This document shows positions 19,901 through 29,729 of a DNA stretch of 64,000 nucleotides, piece after piece. The stretch is from a virus (lineage: Duplodnaviria > Heunggongvirae > Uroviricota > Caudoviricetes). The notes beneath the pieces are model-generated. The model saw only the letters and a list, made by a program, of their open reading frames with translations. It had not been told where the DNA came from and searched no databases. The position numbers and the translations under genes were made by a program. The stretch lies in IMG/VR virus record IMGVR_UViG_3300029743_000281; one strand, written 5' to 3'. Every line of letters begins with the position of its first letter. Positions within the stretch are counted from its first letter, which is position 1.

Positions 19901-20220
19901 TCCAGTTCCTTGCTGATCGCCGTATGGGTCTCCTTGAACTCCTGACTCATGGCATTTTTGACTGCCGTAACATCACTGTGCATCTGCTGGACATCCACGT
20001 CCACGTCCTGTTCCAGCTTCCGCATCTGTGCGGAATAATGGGCACACAGCGACCAGTAACTCTCATCTGCCAGCGAGATGCCCACAGGCACAGCCTTACG
20101 GCTGATATAGCTGTCACCGGTCTCGCCGTCCAGTACGATCATCAAGGGTTCATAGGTTTTCTTCTGATCCCAGACACCTACATGGTCCGGTACCACCCGT
20201 TTGCCAACAAACTCTCCCAT
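16978..20220 (-). CDS. Tail fibre/receptor-binding protein paralog C (1080 aa) with C-terminal SGNH hydrolase domain
   Basis: Same N-terminus MGEFVGKRVVPDHVG. 'ILCIGDSLTTGG...GVHPAIEGY'. Confidence 0.8.
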   Translation of the reverse strand: MGEFVGKRVVPDHVGVWDQKKTYEPLMIVLDGETGDSYISRKAVPVGISLADESYWSLCAHYSAQMRKLEQDVDVDVQQMHSDVTAVKNAMSQEFKETHTAISKELDDTHKAISQELSETEQRVNENLEQTSSELTGKVEQAKSDLNTGRQELKDAKDTLNKRMDSIAGGKTSDAEILDARVDSYGHTHNTLGNAIRALRAGEMREAVHEQLAEKYVQELLETEVKKIHGGELYYPYDSSTFSGWVSSYLIDESILVTGIEFIVKARSERINQIRVAIAFDDASEEKISFNKYLNVTIEPNDEKRVHCDVNGLFFEQGRKVFILLQADVICTNVFGSQEATSGSLYTTNGQFAKMEDCSTGGRYNLAVWLTGYNPNKAKWREVEKNIKESLAKLKNSFQDSWAVSDEQNLVPVSYAVLSYTTSTFTGWAAPIGKAKHFNTLVFTIENRKENNAYIEKIRCVVSVNNHKGAILADETREGFHIKSGERRKIEFRFSTPIENENSVELYAGFTCDQHISVMFGNTGKNLNPPDYGAVCYTCQAGDGPFRVDKELKDWFPIHDTELINQDRLDMFVEYLESIYQLRKHQLDQVIEVVENLLDKAQLSNPQSENVQQRIDAAIKQLAIDETISSVKQGFDEKIEKLNIETPPRVVLPDKIYGVVDDTLQLFYRGIVEHPNPYNFNLECICDIGKNTNRYFEVTPKADQEGEHKLTLNVRDCSDRIIASATTTLAIRKAGQSPIEKKNILCIGDSLTTGGEWCVELARRVLETGGSPSGLGRNNIELIGTKKRGQIGYEGYGGWTWASYLAKPSNTSLGMWVYSTHDKDNTDQHSLWRDENGNVWQMETIEKKRIKFTRFQNHTGKMPVGGGNLTHLSNATHPEAIAFTSTGYAEGNPFWDAVQDKISFKSYCERNGFAGIDFVYTLLSWNALGGYCSTPDAYTVKIHVENAKEFIRKLHDEFPEAKVKVMGIQMPSFNGGTGANYGANSAYSNPYALSRSVMGMNLAYQSLANDEEFKNYVEFLNVATQFDSEYNMPATSKQVNTRNKITEAVGTNGVHPAIEGYMQIADVAFRNMAICVLPQN

Positions 20221-20237
20221 TTTACTTCCTTTCCGGC

Positions 20238-20987
20238 TTACGCCTCATTGTATCTCACGATCAAGTGACCTTCATCGTCCATCTCAAAAATCAGACCCAG
20301 CGCGTCCCAGCTCTGGAACACCAGATGTCCATCCATATTGATGGACGAGGTGACTATGCCCTCCTCGATATCCTTCGCCACCTTATCAATGGTGCTGGAC
20401 ACAGACCCCTGCGCCAGTCCCAGCTTATCATCCGAGCGCATCACGAGGTATCCGTCATTGGTGATGAGGAATTCCAGGATGCCCTTGGCGGCAGCATTCA
20501 ACGCCTGCTTATAGGTCAGCGTGGCGATTTTACCGTTCTTGACCGCTGCACGGGCCACATTCAGCACCAGACTGAACGAACCAATCACATCTCCCTCATC
20601 GGACAGAAGGTAGATGTCAATCGGGAATCTGCCGTATATTTCGGTCATAAAGGATGTGACCGTCAGGATGACCGCACCGTCATCCACGAACACAAGGTCC
20701 GGGCGGGTCTCGCTGGAATACTGGAACACTGCACCGTCCGGCCGAGTAGCTGAGTAGCTGACGATGGTATCCTTACTGACCTTATACTCCAGCGAGTTCT
20801 GATACAGCCGACACCGCACTTTTCGGGCTTGGTTGTCGTACTGCTTGACCGGGATGTGGGTCGGGATCAGGTTCTCTGTGAATGACAGTTCCACGTCCTG
20901 AAACACCGTGAACGACTTAGTCACCAGTGCCTCCTGCGCCGGTTTCTCCGCTGTCTGTACCACTGCTTTCGCCTTCCTGTTTGCCAT
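20238..20987 (-). CDS. Hypothetical tail/baseplate protein (start taken at MANRKAKAV)
   Basis: Sits between Tal and the fibres. Overlaps the Tal 3' end by ~70 bp. Confidence 0.5.
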   Translation of the reverse strand: MANRKAKAVVQTAEKPAQEALVTKSFTVFQDVELSFTENLIPTHIPVKQYDNQARKVRCRLYQNSLEYKVSKDTIVSYSATRPDGAVFQYSSETRPDLVFVDDGAVILTVTSFMTEIYGRFPIDIYLLSDEGDVIGSFSLVLNVARAAVKNGKIATLTYKQALNAAAKGILEFLITNDGYLVMRSDDKLGLAQGSVSSTIDKVAKDIEEGIVTSSINMDGHLVFQSWDALGLIFEMDDEGHLIVRYNEA

Positions 20988-22857
20988 CTTCTTCGCCTCC
21001 TCCCTCTGTCGGGGTATCCGGGTCGGGCTCAGGTTCCGGTGGCTCATAGCCTACCGTCTGCCAAATTTCTCCGTCCCACAGCTTCAGCCGCAGGGCGGTT
21101 GTATCGACCCAGAGTGCATTTGTTTTCGGATTCTTTGGTGCTGCCTCCTGCGCACAGATGGGCGGAGCATACCGCTCATCCAGTTTCGCCAGCAGCGTGT
21201 CGGACAGCTTATCCGCTGTTCCGTACCGCTCGTCTAGGTTTTTGATGAGTTCTTCCGACAAAGCAGATGCCGTCTTATATCGCTCATCCAACTGTGCAAG
21301 CAGCACCTCGGACAGCTTATCTGCCGTACCGTAGCGTGCGTCCAGGCTTTTGATGAGTTCTTCAGACAAGGCGGATGCCGTCTTATACCGCTCATCCAAC
21401 TGTTCGAGCAGTTCTTCAGTCAGTTCTCCGGCTTTCTTATAGCGTTCATCCAGCTCCTGCAGGGTGTTTTCCAGCAGCAACGCCGTCTTGACCGGGGAAT
21501 CGTCCCGCTCCCAGCCGTAGCCCCATGTCTTACCGCCATCGGTGGAGATGAAAAACCCATCCGGGCTGTTCTTCCACGCAAAGGTGGACTTTGCCAGTGA
21601 CCCGGCATTGAAGGCATACCGCACGGTTTCACCGTTCACCTCGGTCACGTTCTGGTAGTGCAGACCGAACAGACCGGCCAGCAGAGTACCGTCATAGACC
21701 ATCGACACGGAAATGCCGCCGATCTGCTCACCCATGCTGGTTTCCACACGGAGCGCGGTGTTGTAGGCTTCATTGGCTGTGTTTCGGATGTTGCTCAGTG
21801 CTGTAGTCAAAGACGAGTTCCGGCTGCTGACCGTAGAGTTCGACAGCGTAATGCCATCGTACCGTTCCAGCAGACAGTCGTATTGTGTTTCGGTCACCTT
21901 GGAGCTGACCTCGATGCCGAGCTTGGAAATAAACACATGGACGGTATCGCACAGACTCACCTGCTCCGCTTCCACCACATCCTCATAGTCCGGGGTATTC
22001 CAGAGCTGGATAAAGTCGATGTCGATATCCACCTGCGGCTCGGTCAGGCTGGTGTTCTTCAGATAATCCTGTGCAAAAGAGCGCATCATCTCATCCGTGG
22101 GCTTATCCTGAAATCCACTAGTGCAATCTAGTACCGTGATCTTCTGGTACGGAACTGACCGCTGCTCCACCAGCACCACCTTCTCCGGCAACTCCGTCAC
22201 CTCGCCGGTCTCGGAATTCTGCCAGTACGGATGTACACCCGTGATGACGCTCTCAATGTTCTTCTCCATCTTGAAGTCGATGAGGTTTTTGCCGTAAACG
22301 ATATGCACGCCGTGGTCTGAGCCCCGGTGATGATGGAGCTTGACCGTGTATCGGTCCCACTCGTACTCTCCGCCAAAGGTGTCCAGCACCGAGCCGTCGA
22401 TACCGCCGAGGCAGTTCCGAAAAGAGGACGGCACCGAGAGCCGAAAAGAGGCGCTGGAGGAGATATCCGTCCAGACCTCAAAGGGGCACTCGGATGCCGC
22501 GTGGTTTCCCAGCCCCGCCAGCGCACCGGTGCAGCCGGTCGTGGCAAAAGGAGAAACCGTAATGAAGTTTAGCTGATACGAGATGTGCCTTGCCTTGACA
22601 GTCAGCTTGCCATCAATCGGCGTTGCGATTTTGTAGATACGGAACGGCTGCGATCTGCCTGTGTCGGATGGCTTTGCAAGGATGATGCTCCCTTCTTCCA
22701 GCTGATCCGCATGGATACCATCTGCTGGGTAAACCATCTCCAGCTCAAAGCTGCCGTTTCGTTTTTCCGTCACGATGCAGGACTGTGCATCTGCCAGCTT
22801 GCCGATGCCATTGTTGTCAAACTTAGACTCCATGGATGCATACAGACAAGGGATCAT
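20917..22857 (-). CDS. Tail-associated/minor structural protein (Tal-like) with an internal stalk of ~23-aa tandem repeats
   Basis: N-terminal 'SKFDNNGIGKLADAQSCIVTEKRNGSFELEMVYP', typical of the phage minor-structural-protein N-terminal region. Repeats LDERYKTASALSEELIKxLDxRYGTADKLS x4. Confidence 0.75.
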   Translation of the reverse strand: MIPCLYASMESKFDNNGIGKLADAQSCIVTEKRNGSFELEMVYPADGIHADQLEEGSIILAKPSDTGRSQPFRIYKIATPIDGKLTVKARHISYQLNFITVSPFATTGCTGALAGLGNHAASECPFEVWTDISSSASFRLSVPSSFRNCLGGIDGSVLDTFGGEYEWDRYTVKLHHHRGSDHGVHIVYGKNLIDFKMEKNIESVITGVHPYWQNSETGEVTELPEKVVLVEQRSVPYQKITVLDCTSGFQDKPTDEMMRSFAQDYLKNTSLTEPQVDIDIDFIQLWNTPDYEDVVEAEQVSLCDTVHVFISKLGIEVSSKVTETQYDCLLERYDGITLSNSTVSSRNSSLTTALSNIRNTANEAYNTALRVETSMGEQIGGISVSMVYDGTLLAGLFGLHYQNVTEVNGETVRYAFNAGSLAKSTFAWKNSPDGFFISTDGGKTWGYGWERDDSPVKTALLLENTLQELDERYKKAGELTEELLEQLDERYKTASALSEELIKSLDARYGTADKLSEVLLAQLDERYKTASALSEELIKNLDERYGTADKLSDTLLAKLDERYAPPICAQEAAPKNPKTNALWVDTTALRLKLWDGEIWQTVGYEPPEPEPDPDTPTEGGGEEDGKQEGESSGTDSGETGAGGTGD

Positions 22858-22875
22858 CCCGCTCCACCTCCTTCC

Positions 22876-23658
22876 TCACAGCGTCCACCAGCGCGGAGTC
22901 ACCTCCACCGCTGTGATACCGCCCGTCCATGCGATCTGTGTCTTTCCGGCCGGCAGTTCCGGGAAGTCGTCCGAGAGGATGGTCTCATTGCAGAAGCCGC
23001 CCGCATTGTAGGCATTGTGCGTCTCACAGTTCAGCAGGACATAATCCTTGATGCTGTAGATGGTGATGGATTCATCGCCTACATACAGCACACCGCCCGA
23101 ATCTCCGTAGACCTTGAAGATGGGCTGTGCCGGGAATGCGAAGGGGTTCATGAGGTTGCTCCGGCTTTCCAGCCGCATAGTCCTTTGTCCTTCCACGCTC
23201 CACCGCTGGGGCTTGCAATTGAACACCAGATCCATCTTGGCGGCTTTCTGCGCCGTCACATCGAACTCCATCGCTTCGGTGCAAACTGCCATCCGGAAGA
23301 AATCCGGGTCATAGGTATCCTGCAATTTCTGGTAGCCAACCGGAGACAGCAGCCACGACTTGACCGCGGCGGTCTTAGCGGGCAGACCGTTAAAGAAGAA
23401 CGCTTCATACTTGATATCCACATTCTGATACCGCCGCCGACCTGCCCTTGCATTCTCGCTGATGATGTCTCCGTTTCTGCCGGGGACTGAGGTGCTTTCC
23501 ACATCTACTGCCGGGGAATCGTACACACTGGGTCCGGACAAATATAAAAGGAAGTCCTTGCTGGACTTCCCGGCAAAGGACAGATACTGTCGTGCAAACC
23601 TGCCCCTCAAATCAAACTGGGATACTGTCTTTTTCTCAGGCAAATAGCCCATACGCAT
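22876..23658 (-). CDS. Distal tail protein (Dit-like)
   Basis: Position immediately after the TMP; ~260 aa siphovirus tail component. Confidence 0.65.
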   Translation of the reverse strand: MRMGYLPEKKTVSQFDLRGRFARQYLSFAGKSSKDFLLYLSGPSVYDSPAVDVESTSVPGRNGDIISENARAGRRRYQNVDIKYEAFFFNGLPAKTAAVKSWLLSPVGYQKLQDTYDPDFFRMAVCTEAMEFDVTAQKAAKMDLVFNCKPQRWSVEGQRTMRLESRSNLMNPFAFPAQPIFKVYGDSGGVLYVGDESITIYSIKDYVLLNCETHNAYNAGGFCNETILSDDFPELPAGKTQIAWTGGITAVEVTPRWWTL

Positions 23659-23665
23659 CACCTTC

Positions 23666-26600
23666 TTACTTATAGACCGAATCGTCCTGGTCGATCATCT
23701 CATTGATCTTGTCAGCCACGATCTGTGCCAGTTCGTTATCGTTCCGGGCGTTGTAGCCGTTCACTGTGATGTGAACGCCACCCAGATTCGTGTTCTTTGT
23801 TGTTCCGCCGCCGGCCAGAGCAGCCTGCGGAAAATTCCAACCGCTTGTGTTCAGCCGGGGAATATTGATCTCCGGCAGGCTAAAGGAGCAGATTCCCGCC
23901 ATCCCCTGCTGAACCTTAGAGGCCATAGACCGGATCTGCTTCAGCAGACCGCCCTCGCTGGCCTTGATGCCGCCAGTCAGCAGCTTCATGAAGTCAGGCA
24001 TATAGGTGTCGGCATCTGCCAGCGGTCCTTCGTCCGGCACCGAGAAGTGCAGGAAACTGCGGATGCCGTTTGCCACGCTCTTGGCGGCATTACCGACCCA
24101 CGACACGCCTTTCTTGATGCCTCCAGCGATACCACTGACCACATCCTTGCCCCAGTTTACCGCCGAGGAAGCCACGTTCTTGACGCCGCTCCAGATAGAG
24201 GATGCCACGTTGCCGATGGCAGACGCCGCATTGGAGATGCCATTCTTAATGGCAGTCACACCATTGGAGAACACAGAAGTGACCTTATTCCAGATGTTGG
24301 TCACACCCTCCCGGAAACCATCACAGTTTTTCCAGAGAGCAGTCAGTCCCAGACCGATGCCGCCGACTGCTGCCACTGCGATACCCGCAGGACCGGCCAG
24401 ACCTGCAAGTGCTGTACCCGCCGAGGCAAGCACACCGCCAGCCGAAGAAGCGATACCAGCCAATGCACTGCCTGCACCGGCAGCAAGACCAGACACCGTT
24501 GTGCCAACAGAACCGAACAGCCCCGCAATCGCAGAACCAGCCGAGCCAGCGATACCGCCCAGCGTGGAGCCCACACTGGAGAGCAGCCCGGACAGGCTGC
24601 TGCCAACACCGCCGAGTTTTGAGAGGACACCGGTCGCCACACTGCCGAGGTTCGACAAGATGCCGGTCCCGCTGCTGCCAAGGCCGCCCAGCTTCGAGAT
24701 GACACCGGTGATCCCTTGTCCCAGACCACCCATCTTAGAGGTCAGCCCGGAGATCAGGTTTCCGAAGTTCGAGACGATCTGTCCGCCATCGGCGTTGCCG
24801 ATCTTCGACAGGAAACCACCCATCTTTGTCAGCAGACCACCGCCGCCATCCGTTCCCAGTGCATTGCCGAGGTTCGTGAGCGTCTCGCCCAAGCTGCCGA
24901 AGGTACTCTTCATAGAGCCGAGCTTATCCACGATGCCGGTGACCGTGCTGACAGTATCGCCCACCTTGCTGAAGCCCTCGCCCAGTCCCTTAAGGAAATC
25001 CGAGTTGAAGGTATCACCGAGGCTGTGGATTGCATTGCCCAGAGAACTGGTCTGGTCGCTCAAGTCTCCGATGGAGGTCTTCATGTCGGAGAACCCCTGC
25101 TTCACCTCATCGCTCATGCTGCTGACCGATGTTTTGGTGATCTTTTCAAGGTCACTCCAGACAGACTTAAACTCGCTGGACATGCCTTCCAGACCGTTCA
25201 TAAGCCCAGTTCGGATGTCGGATGCCAGTCCGCTTGCAGCAGACCGTACTCTGTTGGTGCTGCCAGTGATCGTTGAAGCAAATCCGCTCACCACAGACCT
25301 CACCTTATCGCTCATGTCTCCCACGGGCGTGTTCAGGTTGGTTTTCATGGAGCCGGACAGGGTCTTGACTGCCTTGACGACCTTGCCTTGATTCTTCTTG
25401 ATACCACTCGCCAGCAGCTTCATGAAGTCCGGCATATACTCATCCGCATCGGACAAAGGACCGGTATCAGGCACAGAGAAATGCAGCAGACTTCTGACCT
25501 TACTTGCCACATTCTCTGCGGCCCGGACGACCGATCCTGCCGCCGCACGAACACCGGCCGCCATCTGGGAGCAGATGTCACTGCCCCAGCTGTATGCCGA
25601 AGAAGCAATGGAGCTGAGAGAGTTGAAGCTGTTCTTGATGCCGGACACACCGGAAGAAACCGTGGAGCGCAGATTGGACATAGCGCCGGACACCGCCGAC
25701 TGCACACTGGAAAAGGTGGAGCTGGTCGTGGATTTCACACCGTTCCAGCCCGTTGATACCGTGGACTTCACAGAGTTCACAGCCGAAGATGCCGTGCTGC
25801 GGATGGTATTCCAGCTAGAACTGAGTACCGACTGGATGCTCGACCAACTGCTGCTGGTCAGGCTGCGGAGATTGTTCCAGCCAGCCGTGACTGCGCTCTT
25901 GACCGCATTGACTGAGCTGGTGGTTGCACTCTTGATGCTGTTCCAGCTCGTATTCAGCACGGTCTGGATGGAATTCCAACTGGACGTTGTCAAACTGCGC
26001 AGATTCGTCCACCCGGTCGTGACGGAAGTTTTCACTGCGTTGACCGAGGCTGTCGTTGCGCTCTTGATGCTGTTCCAGCTTGTGTTCAGTGCCGTCTGGA
26101 TGGAACTCCAACTGGATGTTGTCAACGTGCGCAGGTTAGTCCAGCCATTGGTGACAACCGTTTTGACTGCACTGACCGCAGTTGTGCTTGCGGATTTGAT
26201 GGAATTCCAGCTTGCCGTCAGGCTCGACTGGATGCCGGACCAGCTGGATATTGTAAGGGTGTGGAGTTGCGTCCAGCCATTGGTGACAGCGGTTTTCACG
26301 CTGTTCAGGCTGGTTGTCACGGAAGTCGTGATGCCGGTCCATGCAGTTGCGAGGTTGGTCTTGACCGCATTCCATGCCGTAGCGGTGTCCGATGCAATAC
26401 CGGACCATGCCGCAGACATGGATGCCTTGATGCTGTCGATCTGACTCGTCACAGACTGTGCCATGCCAGTGCAGGCAGTTGATACGGAATCAGACACACC
26501 CGACCATGCGGTCTGGGCTTCTGTCTCCACGCCGGACCATGCGTTAGAGGTATCCGTTTTCATCTGGGTGGTAGAGTCGCTGGTCTTGCCGGTGATGGCA

Positions 26601-29491
26601 TCCCAGATACCACCAAAAAATCCGGAGATTCCTTCCCATGCGCTGGAAATGCCAGACTTGATACCCTCCCACGCAGTGCTTGCCGTAGACTGGATGCCTT
26701 CCCATGCCCCGGACAGTCCGGTCGCCACCGTATCGACCGCAGATGTCACACCCGACTGGATACTATCCCAAGCTGTAGAAATCGCACCCTTGATGCCATC
26801 CCATGCAGACGAGGCAGTGGACTGGATTCCCGTCCATGCAGTCGAAAGCCCAAAGCCGAGCGTCTCAACCGCGCCGGACACAAAGGAGGAGATTCCCTCC
26901 CATGCGCCGGAGATGACACCCGAAATACCCTCCCACACAGTCGATGCCGCCGACTTGATATTTTCCCAAGCTGTAGACCAGTCGCCGGAGATGACGCTCA
27001 TGACAGTCGAAATGACCGCCGAGATCGCATCCATAACCCCGCTGACCACGCCGGAGATTGCCTCCCAGACCGTAGAGAACACAGTCTGCAAGCCGGTCAG
27101 GATACCGCCGAGGAAATCGGAGATTCCACTGAAGGTGGACTGTGCGTTCTCGTCCATCTCCCCGGTTTTCCCCGTGAAGAACGAGACGATGCCGTTCCAG
27201 ATGCCCTCGAAGAAATCCTTGATCCCCGTCCAGACCCCGGTACAGAAATCCGAGATCCCGGTCCAGATGTTGGACGCGGTGGTCTGGATGCCTGTCAGGA
27301 TGCCGGAGAAGAAATCGCTGATTCCCGTCCAGATTCCTTCAAAGAATCCTTGGATGCTCTCCCAGACCGAGTTCCAGTCCGTACCGAACCAGCCGAGGAA
27401 CACATCTGCTACAGCCTTCAAGGTGTCCAGCACCGTGGAGAAGATGGACTTGATGCCGTCCCAAATTCCGGAGAAGATACCCTTGACGGCCGCCCATGCG
27501 CCGCTCCAGTTGCCCTGGAAGAGATTGGAGAACACATCGAACAGACCAATCAGCGTGTCGAGGACTGTTCCCAGTACCGTGGATACAACCTGAAAGGCAC
27601 CCTCAAACACAGGAGCCAAAACCTGACAGAAGCCGTCCCAGACAGCTTTCAGCACCTCTACGATATCCTTGAAATCAAAGCCGAGGGCATTGAGCCGCTG
27701 GGTCAGCTGGTCGCAGAAGCCGCGCACTTTTTCGACGATGCCATTCCAGATGTTAGTAATAGCTGTACGGAACTCTTCATTGGTATTCCAGAGGTGCATG
27801 AATGCAGCCACCAGCGTACCGATCACGGCAACCACTGCCATGACGGGAGCCGAAATGCCGCCGAGAGCTGCGCCCAGCTTCCCGAACAGTCCGCTTGCGC
27901 TGCCCACACGGGTGGAGAGCAGCCGGATGCCCTTAGCCAGCGAACTGAAGCCCTTTAATGCTGTGCCCGCTGTCGATATGGTTTTACCCAGCACGATAAG
28001 CAGCGGTCCAATGGCCGCAGCCAGAGCCGCCACCTTGAGGATGGTCTCTCTGGTGCTGTCGTCCATACTGTTGAGCTCGTCCACGAATGCCTGCACCGCC
28101 GACACGATTTTGCGGATGGTGGGCATCAAGAGGTCGCCAAAGGAAATAGCCAGCTCCTCCAACTGAGATTTCAGAATGGTAAGCTGGCCGTTGAGGTTAT
28201 CCTGCATGGTCTCTGCCATGCTCTCCGCAGAACCGTCACAGTTCTCAATGGCACCACGGAGCTTGTCGATGTCACCTTCGCCGGCATTCATCAGGGCAAG
28301 GAAACCGGACATAGCGTTCTTGCCGACCAGCGATTCGGCATTGGCTGCCTTTTCAGATTCGGTCAGACCGGAGAAAGCCACACGGCAGTCCGCAAGGATA
28401 TCGTTCAGGCTTCTCATACTGCCGTCCGCATTGCTGGTGGCAATCGTGACCTCTCCGATGTTCTTGCCTGCAAAGGTCACTTCACCGGCAAGGTTGTTCA
28501 TGATGGAACGCAGCGAAGTACCTGCCTGTGATGCCTTGATACCGCTGTTTGCCATGAGGCCGATAGCTTCCGCCGTATCCTCTGCACTGAAACCCAGCGC
28601 ACCGGCGATAGGCGCACAGTACTTGAAGGTCTCGCCCATCATGCTGACGTTGGTGTTTGCATTGGACGATGCCGCAGCAAGAATGTCCGCAAAGTGTCCA
28701 GAATCCGCGGCCGACAAACCAAAGGCAGTCAGCGCATCCGTGACGATATCAGAGGTAGTCGCCAAGTCCTCACCGGATGCAGCAGCAAGGTTCATGATAC
28801 CTTCGATGCCATCCAGCATATCCCCGGTCTTCCAGCCGGCCATCGCCATATATTCCATAGCGGAGGCGGCTTCGGAGGCAGAGAACTTGGTCTTGGCACC
28901 CATCTCGCGGGCTTTGGCACGGAGCTGGTCAAAGTCATCCCCTGTTGCACCGGAAATAGCAGAGACCTTGCTCATTTCCTGGTCGAAGTCTGCTGCGGTC
29001 TTTACCGCCGCTGTGCCTAAGCCAGTAACTGCCGCCGTAACCGGCAGGAACTTCTTACCCACACTTTCGACCTGAGAGCCAACCGTCTGGAGCTTTTCTC
29101 CCACCGCATCGATCTTGGCAAGGGTCACATTGGTGACCGCCGCCTGTTCCTGCAGGGATTTAAGGTTCTGCTCCGTCTCCACGATCTCACGCTGGAGTGC
29201 ATCGTACTGGTCCTGCGTGATCTTGCCATCTGCAAGCTGCTGATTGGCCTGCTCTGCCGCCGTCTTTAAGGTGGTGAGCTTCTCCTTGGTGGCTTCGATA
29301 GCCTCCTTCAGCATCCTCTGCTTCTGGGTGACAGCCTCGGTGTTGGAAGGGTCCAGTTTCAGGAGCTTGTTGACATCCTTCAGCTCAGACTGCGTTTTTT
29401 TGATGGTTTTGTTGACGCTTTCCAGTGCCTTGGATAATTTTGTAGTGTCGCCGCCGATCTCAACGGTAATGCCTGCGATTCTGGATGCCAT
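23666..29491 (-). CDS. Tail tape measure protein (~1940 aa)
   Basis: N-terminal coiled coil. Long arrays of W/T-rich ~35-aa repeats (TAWTGITTSVTTSLNSVKT...). Duplicated 'LHFSVPDxGPLxDADxYMPDFMKLL' motif. RBS GGAGGAGGTGG. Confidence 0.9.
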   Translation of the reverse strand: MASRIAGITVEIGGDTTKLSKALESVNKTIKKTQSELKDVNKLLKLDPSNTEAVTQKQRMLKEAIEATKEKLTTLKTAAEQANQQLADGKITQDQYDALQREIVETEQNLKSLQEQAAVTNVTLAKIDAVGEKLQTVGSQVESVGKKFLPVTAAVTGLGTAAVKTAADFDQEMSKVSAISGATGDDFDQLRAKAREMGAKTKFSASEAASAMEYMAMAGWKTGDMLDGIEGIMNLAAASGEDLATTSDIVTDALTAFGLSAADSGHFADILAAASSNANTNVSMMGETFKYCAPIAGALGFSAEDTAEAIGLMANSGIKASQAGTSLRSIMNNLAGEVTFAGKNIGEVTIATSNADGSMRSLNDILADCRVAFSGLTESEKAANAESLVGKNAMSGFLALMNAGEGDIDKLRGAIENCDGSAESMAETMQDNLNGQLTILKSQLEELAISFGDLLMPTIRKIVSAVQAFVDELNSMDDSTRETILKVAALAAAIGPLLIVLGKTISTAGTALKGFSSLAKGIRLLSTRVGSASGLFGKLGAALGGISAPVMAVVAVIGTLVAAFMHLWNTNEEFRTAITNIWNGIVEKVRGFCDQLTQRLNALGFDFKDIVEVLKAVWDGFCQVLAPVFEGAFQVVSTVLGTVLDTLIGLFDVFSNLFQGNWSGAWAAVKGIFSGIWDGIKSIFSTVLDTLKAVADVFLGWFGTDWNSVWESIQGFFEGIWTGISDFFSGILTGIQTTASNIWTGISDFCTGVWTGIKDFFEGIWNGIVSFFTGKTGEMDENAQSTFSGISDFLGGILTGLQTVFSTVWEAISGVVSGVMDAISAVISTVMSVISGDWSTAWENIKSAASTVWEGISGVISGAWEGISSFVSGAVETLGFGLSTAWTGIQSTASSAWDGIKGAISTAWDSIQSGVTSAVDTVATGLSGAWEGIQSTASTAWEGIKSGISSAWEGISGFFGGIWDAITGKTSDSTTQMKTDTSNAWSGVETEAQTAWSGVSDSVSTACTGMAQSVTSQIDSIKASMSAAWSGIASDTATAWNAVKTNLATAWTGITTSVTTSLNSVKTAVTNGWTQLHTLTISSWSGIQSSLTASWNSIKSASTTAVSAVKTVVTNGWTNLRTLTTSSWSSIQTALNTSWNSIKSATTASVNAVKTSVTTGWTNLRSLTTSSWNSIQTVLNTSWNSIKSATTSSVNAVKSAVTAGWNNLRSLTSSSWSSIQSVLSSSWNTIRSTASSAVNSVKSTVSTGWNGVKSTTSSTFSSVQSAVSGAMSNLRSTVSSGVSGIKNSFNSLSSIASSAYSWGSDICSQMAAGVRAAAGSVVRAAENVASKVRSLLHFSVPDTGPLSDADEYMPDFMKLLASGIKKNQGKVVKAVKTLSGSMKTNLNTPVGDMSDKVRSVVSGFASTITGSTNRVRSAASGLASDIRTGLMNGLEGMSSEFKSVWSDLEKITKTSVSSMSDEVKQGFSDMKTSIGDLSDQTSSLGNAIHSLGDTFNSDFLKGLGEGFSKVGDTVSTVTGIVDKLGSMKSTFGSLGETLTNLGNALGTDGGGGLLTKMGGFLSKIGNADGGQIVSNFGNLISGLTSKMGGLGQGITGVISKLGGLGSSGTGILSNLGSVATGVLSKLGGVGSSLSGLLSSVGSTLGGIAGSAGSAIAGLFGSVGTTVSGLAAGAGSALAGIASSAGGVLASAGTALAGLAGPAGIAVAAVGGIGLGLTALWKNCDGFREGVTNIWNKVTSVFSNGVTAIKNGISNAASAIGNVASSIWSGVKNVASSAVNWGKDVVSGIAGGIKKGVSWVGNAAKSVANGIRSFLHFSVPDEGPLADADTYMPDFMKLLTGGIKASEGGLLKQIRSMASKVQQGMAGICSFSLPEINIPRLNTSGWNFPQAALAGGGTTKNTNLGGVHITVNGYNARNDNELAQIVADKINEMIDQDDSVYK

Positions 29492-29539
29492 GCGGATAAC
29501 CACCTCCTCCGGGGCATAAGTAAAGACCCATCCGCACAA

Positions 29540-29729
29540 GGCGAATAGGCCGAAAGTTCTAAACTTGAAATTGCTCGTTAGTTTTTAGCATTGAAATTTC
29601 AGAAAACTCGGTTTTTCTGAAATTTCTTAATTTTTGCAATTTCAAATTATCTTGATTTTCTGAAATTTCTATGGTAAAATCTCTACAGTAATTTCATTTT
29701 CCTGCTTTTCAGGAAAGAAAGGAGCATCT
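29540..29729 (+). promoter_or_regulatory. AT-rich promoter/operator region for fic with three copies of the 8-bp palindrome GAAATTTC
   Basis: TTGATT - 17 bp (containing GAAATTTC) - TAAAAT with TG extension, giving an operator between -35 and -10. Further GAAATTTC copies at ~29590 and ~29615. Confidence 0.55.
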
